Of a DNA stretch of 64,000 nt, positions 43,501-51,133 are shown piece by piece; positions within the stretch are counted from its first letter, which is position 1, and each line of letters starts with the position of its first letter. The DNA lies in contig JAFPVR010000114.1 of assembly GCA_017395245.1 (NCBI GenBank), positions 645 to 64,644 on the forward strand, written 5' to 3'. Source of the DNA: Bacteroidales bacterium (lineage in GTDB: Bacteria; Bacteroidota; Bacteroidia; Bacteroidales; WCHB1-69). Under the pieces are notes generated by a model. The model worked only from the letters and a program-made list of their open reading frames with translations, did no database searches and was not told where the DNA came from. A program made the translations under genes and the position numbers.

Positions 43501-46500
43501 TCACGTTGCTCAGCACATTCAACACAATGGTCAGCGTACTGTCGCAGCCCTCTGCATTGGTCAGCAATTGCGTGTAAGTGCCCTCCCCATAATAAATGCT
43601 GTCGTTGAGATGATACGGCAGGTTGTTTTCCAGAATGGTGATGGTCAGGGTGTCGGCAGTGGCCGCATGCACCGTCAAGGTCAGCGTCACCAAACTGTCG
43701 CAGCCATGCACGGTGGCGAACGGATACTGGATAACGGACCATGCGGGCGTTCCAACACCGAAAGTCGTATCAATCAAACCGTTGACATAGTGATACGGCA
43801 GGTCATTCTCGCAGAGGGTGAGACTGGTATCGGTGAAAGCGGAGTGGTTCACCGTCAAATGCAGCGTCACCACCGAGTCGCAACCGTTGGCCGCCGTGAG
43901 ATAGTAGCGACTGGTATCGTTGCTCTCGTAATAGGTCACACCGTCAATCCACGTCAGCGAGTCGCACACCTCAACCTCATAAACGGAACTGGCAACCGGC
44001 ATGCCCGCCAAAGTCAGATGCACCACACTGTCGCAACCGTCAACTGTCGGGAGGGTGATGAGGTGGGTGCCCGCATCTGCGAGGAGCGTATCGTGGTAAA
44101 GGTACGGGAAGTCATTGACGCAAACCCCGATGGTGTCCGCCACCTCGTAAACAGGCAGGAAAACGAGTCGCAGCACCGTGGTACTGTCGCAACCGCCCGC
44201 CGCCGTGTCGTGGCGGATAAACAGGTCGTTGCTGTCGGAAACGTTCGTCAGCTCAAAGCCGAAACGGTTATATTCGGTAATATTGGCGCACAGCGTGTCA
44301 TAAATCTGCACGTAGCTGTATTCCTGCGGGTAAAGGGTCCGGCACCAATTCAGCTCGCCGCAACCGCCAGTGGCCGTGACGCAGATGTCCATCGAATCGG
44401 CATAGACCCCGAACAGCAACGTAATACTATAGGGATCCTCTACCGGCAGCACAATGAGACTGTCGGGCACTGTCCACACCACATTCTGCAACCCTGAAAG
44501 GGAATCGATCGTGTAGGTGTATTCGCCACCCTGGCAAGGCCAGCCCTCGCCCTCGATGGCGGGCGGATTGTCCGTGTTGGGTGTGACAGAAAGCTGCAAA
44601 ATAACCAGACTGTCACAACCATAACTGTCATGCCCGGCCACTATCGTATCCTGATAAAGTCCAGTCTCTGTTGGGGTTATATCAAATCCATACGTTGTAT
44701 AATGATTATTGACACAGATGGTGTCTTCTATAATCCGATAGTTTTCACGCACCTCCAACTCCAAGACATAGGTGCTGTCACAATAACTCGACTCGGAGTT
44801 CGCACTGCGGGTGAAGGTATGGTGGCCCGCTGCGGGTGTCAGCACTTCGAAGCCATACCCCAAATAGTCTTGACCCTGACAAATGGAATCGTAATAGGTG
44901 ATGGTCGGACCCTCCACCACGCGGATGCGGGCATAAAGGTTCGAGCAGAAGACCGCGCCGTTGCTGGTGATGTAGAGCGTGGCAGCCACCGTGTAGGTGC
45001 CCGCCTCAGCATAGCTATGAACCGTCTGCATGCCGGTCACCGTCGGGGTGCTGTCGCCGAAATTCCAGACCACGCTGTCGCAAGGATAGTTGACTTCCAC
45101 ATTGAAGTTGATGGGCTCATACGGACAGAACTTGGTGCCCGGCGGCAGGTCGGTGTTGAGGATACCGTTCACGTAGAGCTGCTCTTTGAGCGGTACGGCC
45201 TTAGAACCAGCAGCATAGCCGTACGACTCGTGGAAGCCGAGGCCGTAGCAGTGGGCGATGAAGCCACCGTCGCAATGCAGCGTGTGCGTGCCGTTGGCGA
45301 TATGCCGGCGCACGAACGCGTAAGAGGTGTTGCCGACCACGGGTGCGAACTGCCCACCGATATTGACACCGTCGAGGGTCACGCCACTGGTTTCGGCAGC
45401 CGGCACCACAATGTTGACGTAGTGGTCGGTGATGCCCGGCGAGTTGAAGGTTGCAAAGGTGATGTCGTTGAGCATCTGCTCGGTAGGCGGAATCCAAACC
45501 ATCGACGGGTCACTGCGTTCCCGCGGATTGCCCTGCACGGCACCGGCAATGTAGAGATAGACACCGACAGGCTCGGAAGTCTCCAAATAGCAGGAGCCCT
45601 CGTTGCCGGGAAGCTGGAATTCATACGTCTGGCGCGACTGGATAGTGGCCAGCAGCGTGCCATTCTTACGGATTTCAGTGTTGTCACGCAGCGCAGTCAC
45701 CCGCACCACATCAAAATTCTGACTCTCCGTGGAGGTGATGGCAAAATTGCGGCCCCAATACTTGACGCCGATGGCCTGCTCCACCAAATGGTCGGAGTAG
45801 GAGTTGTCGATGGGCACCAGAGCGCAGACGTTGCCGTTGAAGACCGCCACCGGCTTGTTGTCATGCGACTGGATCAGCGTACCCGACAGGTCGCCGAGCG
45901 TGCCGCCATACTGCGACAACCCGAGGTAGGTCTGGCCCGCCTGCAACGTCACCGTGAAGGTCTGCTGCGCGGGATGGCCGCCCTGCAACGCCCGCGACGG
46001 CGTGATGTCCACCTCCGTGTTGTCCACCGTTGCCACAATGACGAACTCCGCATTCATCATCGGCATGTAGGTTTGCAGGACATATTCGTCGGACAAAGCC
46101 TCCACAGGCAGCACGTCGGTGACATCAAAGCTGCTGGTGTTGTAGTTGGCGGCATAGACCGACACCGAATCTGTGGTCTCCACCAAGAGGCCGAAATCGC
46201 CCGCCACATCCGCCACCTGCGGATAGGCCTGCGACACGGGGATTGTGACAGTGGTCACGGAATGGTCGGCGACGGCAAACGGCATACTCCAGCCGGTGCG
46301 CGGGTTGCTCACCGTACCGGTACAAGCGTCCTCAGCCGAAATGTTCAGCGTAATCGTGGGCGTGTGGAAGTGGTTACGCAGATACGACAGCCAGAAGGTC
46401 TTGCCCACCGATGCCGGCGAGCCCAACGAATCGGACAACATCGACGACGGAATCACATACACCGATGCCGTATCGACGCACTCGCCGCCGTTGCTGGCAA

Positions 46501-49500
46501 TGACCGTGTATTCCGTCGGCAAAAGCGGAGACACCTGCACCACATTTGTGTCCTCGTTGCTGTGCGACCAATAGTAATGCTGCGCCCCGGGCGTGGCCGT
46601 GAGCTGGATGTAGTAGCCTTGACAGTTGTCAGTGGGCACCTCCAAAGCGTAAACCGTGGTGTTCAGCGTCTCGAACGTCACCTCATAAGCACCCTGATCC
46701 ACGATATTGCCGCAGGCGATGCGCGGGTCATCCTTCAAATCTGTGGGCCATGAAACCCATTGGTTGTCACCCGCATCCACCGCCGGCGACTGTGCCGTCA
46801 GCGTGTAATCGTCGGCATCGTTCGTGAAAACGCCAGGCGTGTCGTCCAATAAATTGTGGTCGCCGATAATGTTGCCGCCCACGTTGAGCGCATGGCCGGG
46901 GTTGTAGATGACAATGTTGTTGTACATCCGCAGTTTCAGTGCGTTGGTGATGGAATCGTTACCGCCGGTACCCGTGGTGTCTGTGCCGGAACCGCCGCCA
47001 GAGCCACCGCCTCCGCCGGGATCACCGCCGGAGCCTCCACCGGAACCACCTTCGTTAGAACCTCCACCAAAATCGTCACCATTGACCGCATAAAGTTCAA
47101 CCGTATCGTGCGAGCGCAACTCGTATGCACCGATGTCGATGACCTCTGCGAAGATACGGTCTTTCGTGACCATATCCTTCGACCAGCTTGCGCAATCGTT
47201 ATTTCCCTGATTGACCGCCGGGGAATTCGGTCGCGGCCGATAGTCAAAACGCCGGTCAACAAACAACGTGTCATGGACACCTACAATATTATAGGCAGGA
47301 ACCTCATCAAGGTTAATGTCCTGCGAGTACTTGTTGTTGACAATTATATTGTTACACAAGACCAGAGCATCCGTATCCAACGTCAAAACCGTTGTAAGTT
47401 TCTGCGTGTCAATATATTGTTCAAAAGCACCTATATCCACAATTTCCTCATAGATACGAATATTGTCCTCCATATCACTTCCCCACCCCACACAGGCGTT
47501 GCTGCCGGCATTCACCGCAATACTCGTCGGACGCAAACGGTAGTTATAATCGTTATCCACAAACAGCGTATCATTGTCCAACACAATATTGTTTTCAGGT
47601 ATATCACTAATATTCAGATTGTTGGAATACTTGTTATTGATAATAATATTGTTGCAGAGCGTCCAATCCGTACCAGTTTCATCCCCAAGGAAGGCGATGG
47701 CCGTATCATACTCGACCCGAGGCTCGAACGCGCCGATGTCGATAACGTTCTCATAGACACGGGTTTTCTCGCACAGGTCGGAAGCTAACGTGCAACAGAT
47801 GTTGTCACCCGCATTGACAGCCGCAGAACTCGACCTCGGCGTGTAGTCGTAGATGCTGTGAACGAACAAATCCTCGCCTGCGGAGAGAATATTGTGCCCC
47901 GCATCCACCTGGGCGTTCGTGCTGACCGCATTCGGATTGTTGACGATAATGTTGTTGCAGAGCGTCAGCGTGTGGTTCTCTTTTTGCAACACGGCGACCA
48001 CGGAATCCTCCTCCGCGGTGGATTGTTCAAACGCACCGAAATCAATGGTATCCTGATAGATACGATTAACATCAGCCATATCCAAGCCCAATAGACAGCA
48101 GTCGTTGTTGCCCACGTTGATGACAATGGAGTTCTCTCGCGGCGTGTAGTCCAGCACATTGTCGCGGAACACGTCGTGATGATCCACCAACAAGTTGAAA
48201 GCGGAAACCTCGTCATCGCTCACGGGGTTGGTACCGCTGTTGTTGATAATAATGTTGTTGCAGAGGTTCAGCTGATGGCCTTCCCGCCCGTACACCACAA
48301 AAATATCGGAATCGGAGAAGTGGGTAATCTCATACGCGCCGATGTCAATGATGTCCATGTAAATACGAGCGCCATCCTTGAGGTCGGTCGCCAACGGACA
48401 GCAATCGTTGTTGCCCTGGTTGACCGCCGCACTGGTCGGACGAGGCATATAGTTCAACTCGTTGTCCCTGAACACCTGATTATTGTCAATCAACAGATTG
48501 TTGCCCGGCGTGTTCATGTCGTTCACGCTAAAGGAACGCATATTGTTGATAATGATATTGTTGCAAACCGTCATCTGATGGTTTTCCTCCTGGAACACCG
48601 CCACATACTGCGGCTCCGGCCAGAACTCAAAGGCGCCGATGTCAATGGTATCTTGAATAATACGATCACGCTTGGCAATATCCTCCGGCAGGTCGTTGCA
48701 GCCGTTGCGGCCCCGGTTCACGGCAGGAGAGACCTCAATCAGCCGGAAATCATGATTCGCGTCGCGGAAAATCGCCACGGTATCCTGAATCAAATTGCAA
48801 TACGCCGTGTCGAAGCCGAACCAGGTGTTCGTGTTGGCAGCAAAACGATTGTTGACGATGATATTGTTGCAAAGGTACAAGGAGGCGGATGTCCGTTCGC
48901 AAACGATGCCGTTGTAGTCGGGATCCATGTAGCCACCACCGTCGCCTCCCCAGCTGCCACCGCCGCCGCCGCCACCGCCACCTCCGGCATAGTTGGTGTC
49001 GTAATAAACGGGGTTTTCGAACGCACCGATGTCGATACGGCCACCGCTGATACGGGTTACCGTGTCAATATCGGTGGACAGACCGTTACAGCCGTTGTCG
49101 CCGGCATCCACTGCGTCGGAGTGCATAGTCAGACGGAAGTCCAAAAGTTCGTCGCGGAACACCTCCACGAGGTCGTTGACGATGTTGCTTTCCGGCACCG
49201 GCGAGAAGTTGACGTTGGGCGCATGCGGCGAGTTCAGAATGATGACGTTATTGCAGAGATTCAGCGTGGTGCCGGAATCCTGATACACCACCGCCCGCTG
49301 GTTGTCAATGTAAATCTCGAACGCGCCGAGATCAATCACTTCATGCAGTACACGTGTCGTGTCCACCAGATCAAACGCCCACGTACAGCAGGGATTCGAA
49401 CCGGCATCCACGGCAATAGAGCCATCCAACAACTTGTAGTTCTGATACTTGTCAACAAAGACATAGTCATTGTCCACCGTTAAATTGTGCGGACCCGCCG

Positions 49501-51130
49501 CCACGTTCACATTGCTGTCGACGGAATGGTTATTGCTCAGGATATTGTTACAGAAGGTCAGGTTGCCATTCTCCTCTTGGTAGATGCCAAACTGCCGCGG
49601 CCAGAAACGCCGCTCAAACGCACCGATATCGATTAACTCATTTTCCACACGAGGCGCTCCCGCAAGATCAAGTGTTTCGGACATGCAGGTGTTGCTTCCC
49701 GCGTCAATGGCCACGCTGCTGTCGGCCAGCATGAAAAGTGTAAGGTCGCCGACAAAAACGCCGGAACCGTTCTGCACCAGGTTATTGTCATTCACCGTCA
49801 CATTGACATTTGAGTCGGCGTAGTTGTTGATTATGATGTTGTTACAGAAGTGCAAGACAGCCGTACCTTCCTTCAGCACAGGGTAGTTGACGACCGGCGG
49901 ACGGTACTCATACGCGCCAATATCAATAGTGCCGTTCAACACACGATCCTCGCCGTTCAGGTCGCTGGCGATTCCCGACGCGCAGGTATTCTGCCCCGCA
50001 TCAATAATCGGGCTCTGTGCCTTCGGCCGGAAGTTGATGTATAGATTCAAGAAGACTTCCGCACTGTCTGTCAGGAAGTTGTTAGCCTCCACCGCTACGT
50101 TGATATTCGTGTCGGCGTGATTGTTCATGATAATATTGTTGCAGAAATGGAGGTCTCCTGTACCTTCCTTAAACACAGGGTAATAGGCACGGTCGTAGCG
50201 GATTTCGAAAGCACCGAGATCCACCGTATAGTTCATCACACGCCCTTCGCCGGTAAGATCCGTAGCGATGGTGGAAGCGCAATTGTTATTGCCCGCATCC
50301 ACCGTCACACTATGCGACTGCACACAGAAATTGGCGTATGGGTGGAGAAACACCTGCTCGCTGTTGGCCACAAAATTGTAAGCTGTCACCGCAACATTGA
50401 CATTGCTGTCCGCATGGTTGTTGATGATGATGTTGTTACAGAAGGTCAAGTTCCCATTCGTCTCCTGAAAGACAGGGAATTGATCCTCCACATAGCGGGT
50501 TTCGAAAGCACCGATATCTACCGTGTCGTGCTGCACGCGCACATTGCCGGAAAGGTCAGTGGGTATAATGCCGGCACAGCTATTGCTTCCGACGTTCACC
50601 ACAGGCGCATCCGACTTCGGGTGGAAGTTCAGATGGTCGTTAAGAAACACGCCGGAGCCGTCGGCAAGGTAGTTATTCGACAAAAGCGTCGCATTGACAT
50701 TGTCCCCACTGAAGTTGTTGATAATAATGTTATTGCAGAACGTCAGCGTGCCTTCAACATCCTGAAAAACCGCATAGTTGACGAAATAAGGATACTCGAA
50801 AGCGCCGAGATCAACGGTGTCGTTATACTTGCGAAGGATGCCGTTCAAATCGTACAGCCATGTGGCGTAAGTGTTGCTGCCAAGGTTGTAGACCAGCGAC
50901 GGCATCACGATGTGGAAGTCGGTATGGCTGTTGGCGAAGAGGGGATACTGGCCGAAGAGGTTGTAGGTGGCGTTGACGTTGGAGGGACTGTCCCCGTTGT
51001 TGACGACCACGTTGTTGCGCACCGACAGCGAGCCACCGTCCTCCATCAGGAGGGCGTAACCCGACTGCGCCCTTCCTGTGAGGAAGGCCGCGACGGTAAG
51101 CAGACACAACAACAGGGCACGTCTCATCAT
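37583..51130 (-). CDS. giant (4,515 aa) T9SS type-B (gliding-motility C-terminal domain) surface protein
   Basis: Domain order from the N-terminus: signal peptide MMRRALLLCLLTVAAFLTGRAQS; 14 tandem ~95-aa beta-helix-type modules each ending D(I/L/F/Q)GA(F/Y)E; two Gly-rich linkers; an IgGFc-binding-N-terminal-like region (FWLSYLRNH..); a PKD-like module (WNFGDS..); about 10 tandem 104-aa Cys-bracketed repeats; a proprotein-convertase P-domain-like module (MEHSWIGDLYINITCPNG); a SprB-type repeat (ITCYGESTGSATASVTGG); and a C-terminal sorting domain (LVLPNAITPSRGDGLNDCFYI...). Confidence 0.85.
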   Translation of the reverse strand: MMRRALLLCLLTVAAFLTGRAQSGYALLMEDGGSLSVRNNVVVNNGDSPSNVNATYNLFGQYPLFANSHTDFHIVMPSLVYNLGSNTYATWLYDLNGILRKYNDTVDLGAFEYPYFVNYAVFQDVEGTLTFCNNIIINNFSGDNVNATLLSNNYLADGSGVFLNDHLNFHPKSDAPVVNVGSNSCAGIIPTDLSGNVRVQHDTVDIGAFETRYVEDQFPVFQETNGNLTFCNNIIINNHADSNVNVAVTAYNFVANSEQVFLHPYANFCVQSHSVTVDAGNNNCASTIATDLTGEGRVMNYTVDLGAFEIRYDRAYYPVFKEGTGDLHFCNNIIMNNHADTNINVAVEANNFLTDSAEVFLNLYINFRPKAQSPIIDAGQNTCASGIASDLNGEDRVLNGTIDIGAYEYRPPVVNYPVLKEGTAVLHFCNNIIINNYADSNVNVTVNDNNLVQNGSGVFVGDLTLFMLADSSVAIDAGSNTCMSETLDLAGAPRVENELIDIGAFERRFWPRQFGIYQEENGNLTFCNNILSNNHSVDSNVNVAAGPHNLTVDNDYVFVDKYQNYKLLDGSIAVDAGSNPCCTWAFDLVDTTRVLHEVIDLGAFEIYIDNQRAVVYQDSGTTLNLCNNVIILNSPHAPNVNFSPVPESNIVNDLVEVFRDELLDFRLTMHSDAVDAGDNGCNGLSTDIDTVTRISGGRIDIGAFENPVYYDTNYAGGGGGGGGGGSWGGDGGGYMDPDYNGIVCERTSASLYLCNNIIVNNRFAANTNTWFGFDTAYCNLIQDTVAIFRDANHDFRLIEVSPAVNRGRNGCNDLPEDIAKRDRIIQDTIDIGAFEFWPEPQYVAVFQEENHQMTVCNNIIINNMRSFSVNDMNTPGNNLLIDNNQVFRDNELNYMPRPTSAAVNQGNNDCCPLATDLKDGARIYMDIIDIGAYEITHFSDSDIFVVYGREGHQLNLCNNIIINNSGTNPVSDDEVSAFNLLVDHHDVFRDNVLDYTPRENSIVINVGNNDCCLLGLDMADVNRIYQDTIDFGAFEQSTAEEDSVVAVLQKENHTLTLCNNIIVNNPNAVSTNAQVDAGHNILSAGEDLFVHSIYDYTPRSSSAAVNAGDNICCTLASDLCEKTRVYENVIDIGAFEPRVEYDTAIAFLGDETGTDWTLCNNIIINNKYSNNLNISDIPENNIVLDNDTLFVDNDYNYRLRPTSIAVNAGSNACVGWGSDMEDNIRIYEEIVDIGAFEQYIDTQKLTTVLTLDTDALVLCNNIIVNNKYSQDINLDEVPAYNIVGVHDTLFVDRRFDYRPRPNSPAVNQGNNDCASWSKDMVTKDRIFAEVIDIGAYELRSHDTVELYAVNGDDFGGGSNEGGSGGGSGGDPGGGGGSGGGSGTDTTGTGGNDSITNALKLRMYNNIVIYNPGHALNVGGNIIGDHNLLDDTPGVFTNDADDYTLTAQSPAVDAGDNQWVSWPTDLKDDPRIACGNIVDQGAYEVTFETLNTTVYALEVPTDNCQGYYIQLTATPGAQHYYWSHSNEDTNVVQVSPLLPTEYTVIASNGGECVDTASVYVIPSSMLSDSLGSPASVGKTFWLSYLRNHFHTPTITLNISAEDACTGTVSNPRTGWSMPFAVADHSVTTVTIPVSQAYPQVADVAGDFGLLVETTDSVSVYAANYNTSSFDVTDVLPVEALSDEYVLQTYMPMMNAEFVIVATVDNTEVDITPSRALQGGHPAQQTFTVTLQAGQTYLGLSQYGGTLGDLSGTLIQSHDNKPVAVFNGNVCALVPIDNSYSDHLVEQAIGVKYWGRNFAITSTESQNFDVVRVTALRDNTEIRKNGTLLATIQSRQTYEFQLPGNEGSCYLETSEPVGVYLYIAGAVQGNPRERSDPSMVWIPPTEQMLNDITFATFNSPGITDHYVNIVVPAAETSGVTLDGVNIGGQFAPVVGNTSYAFVRRHIANGTHTLHCDGGFIAHCYGLGFHESYGYAAGSKAVPLKEQLYVNGILNTDLPPGTKFCPYEPINFNVEVNYPCDSVVWNFGDSTPTVTGMQTVHSYAEAGTYTVAATLYITSNGAVFCSNLYARIRVVEGPTITYYDSICQGQDYLGYGFEVLTPAAGHHTFTRSANSESSYCDSTYVLELEVRENYRIIEDTICVNNHYTTYGFDITPTETGLYQDTIVAGHDSYGCDSLVILQLSVTPNTDNPPAIEGEGWPCQGGEYTYTIDSLSGLQNVVWTVPDSLIVLPVEDPYSITLLFGVYADSMDICVTATGGCGELNWCRTLYPQEYSYVQIYDTLCANITEYNRFGFELTNVSDSNDLFIRHDTAAGGCDSTTVLRLVFLPVYEVADTIGVCVNDFPYLYHDTLLADAGTHLITLPTVDGCDSVVHLTLAGMPVASSVYEVEVCDSLTWIDGVTYYESNDTSRYYLTAANGCDSVVTLHLTVNHSAFTDTSLTLCENDLPYHYVNGLIDTTFGVGTPAWSVIQYPFATVHGCDSLVTLTLTVHAATADTLTITILENNLPYHLNDSIYYGEGTYTQLLTNAEGCDSTLTIVLNVLSNVTNAADSTICEGALPFIWNGVTFTQADTLVAILTASTGADSLVVMNVSVVPTTYGTFDTTIVENALPYHYNDSTYVEAGTYTQYLTNAAGCDSLLTITLTVFPNVAAEIDSTVCEGELPVIWNDSIFNAAGTITTTIPAHTGADSTITMTLTVIPTTYGTLDTAVIENALPYQHNEISYVEAGTYTQMLVNSAGCDSILTLTLTVFPNVTSELDSAVCETAFPFTWNDSVFTAAGTKTTNIFAHTGADSTITMTVTMIPTTYGSFDTAVIENALPYQYNDISYIEAGTYTQYLTNSLGCDSILTLTLAVFPNVTSEIDSTVCEGELPITWNDSIFTAAGTKMTTILSHTGADSTITMNLTVLPTTYGTFDTAVVENALPYQYNDSTYVEAGTYTQYLTNAAGCDSILTLSLTVYPNVTNYLDSVVCEGGFPITWNGVVFAAAGIDSVLLQAATGADSVVVMTVTESPTTYGTVTLAVIENALPYQYNDSTCAGAGTYTQYLTNAAGCDSVLTVVINVYENVTTFVDSVVCEGELPITWNDSVFTAAGTKTTTILSAEGADSTVVMTLTVTPTTYGTFDTAVIENALPYQYNDSTYVEAGIYTQLLTNAAGCDSILTLHLGVIVELDSAVCETAFPFTWNDSVFTEAGTKVTTILAHTGADSAITMTVTMLPTTYGTFDTLVNVNTLPIQYNDSTYVEAGIYTQYLTNAAGCDSVLTLQINVMVEVDSIVCEGGFPITWNGVVFSAAGTDSVLLQAATGADSVVVMTVTESSTTYGTVTLAVIENALPYQYNDSTYVEAGIYTQYLTNASGCDSILTVNLNVFPNVTSELDSAVCETAFPFTWNDSVFTVAGTKTTTILAHTGADSTITMTVTMLPTTYGTIDTAIVENALPYQYNEISYIEEGIYIQYLTNVSGCDSILTLTLTVFPNVTSEIDSTVCESELPFTWNGVTFTETGTQNAVLAAATGADSTVVMTLNTYPVIPYHIAGPSVMCLDSSVALTADYASSYMWNTGDTTQSITVTAAGLYSVTVVDNYGCSVTAEHYVSSTYDPIISVDIDTSLCAGSAYTVTVGYQPGSNILLGNRETTLTLSDTIFLPDGYSCDPYGCSYQSPLTFSAYAPGDTIESVDDIYYVRLNMEHSWIGDLYINITCPNGQKADLLKYGGWGSSSCNSQIAPSSRGWQSGSNLDVGTFLGDAYDYSVSTCDPTAFGNEPGNGWNYCWSNNTTQGYTYAPGEGSLIYRAENEHNGIVDSSNVAAGTHFYHPDDSFSNLIGCPLNGSWFIEVMDGWSVDNGYIFGWELALSTEALPEATFVFDYSTAQGPWVTPVNDSVFTIQPPADLDHDTTIVYTFTIYDTSGCSVDTSVVVTFRASVYSELDTTVCESFVWSGVTYTTSGDYPHTYANVLGCDSVVTMHLTVNHVTNATIDTAVIENALPLQYNEISYIEAGTYTQNFTNTLGCDSVLTIHLTVYQNVTTTVDTTVCADDLPYTWHGYSFTAAGTHVVTLLTSHGADSVVTYHLSVDNISANIGNVTHITCYGESTGSATASVTGGQTPMTYAWTNASGTNIAMTTSISNRPAGTYTFTVTDHIGCTATATVTLNTLNGELTPGTIAASQEVCDGEDIAPFTGTVASGGNNGGYQWQISTNGTDWAPAPGTANAQGYTYPNTAAYAFSLRRAWVSQSCGTVYSNVVTVNVWPNSVDTVTASVCQGETYTEYNFDVTADQTVEAGVYTFEQHHATGHCDSMVVLLLTVNPVVAELVEATVCEGEGYNANGFAISPQETIGAGELTRVQNLQTVNGCDSVVTLQLTIIDTALRIEMLTEDFCEYNEASLTVLSPMTDYVWSTGETATTIVVTSPGIYSVTATEGGCSATAHIRVEGCHYELVLPNAITPSRGDGLNDCFYIPEGFTSNINLFKVYIYNRWGELVFYSTDKNFRWYGEYRGQTQYQTIYNYVIEYTDTAGRPQKLVGSITVL
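40575..43650 (-). repeat. about 10 tandem copies of a ~312-bp (104-aa) coding repeat inside the giant ORF
   Basis: Recurring peptide ..TTYGTFDTAVIENALPYQYNDSTYVEAGTYTQYLTNAAGCDSILTLTLTVFPNVTSE(I/L)DS(T/A)VCE..P(I/F)TWNDS(I/V)FTAAGTK.TTIL.HTGADSTITMT(L/V)T... The antisense ORF track shows the same peptide recurring about every 300 nt. Confidence 0.85.
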
Positions 51131-51133
51131 CGA

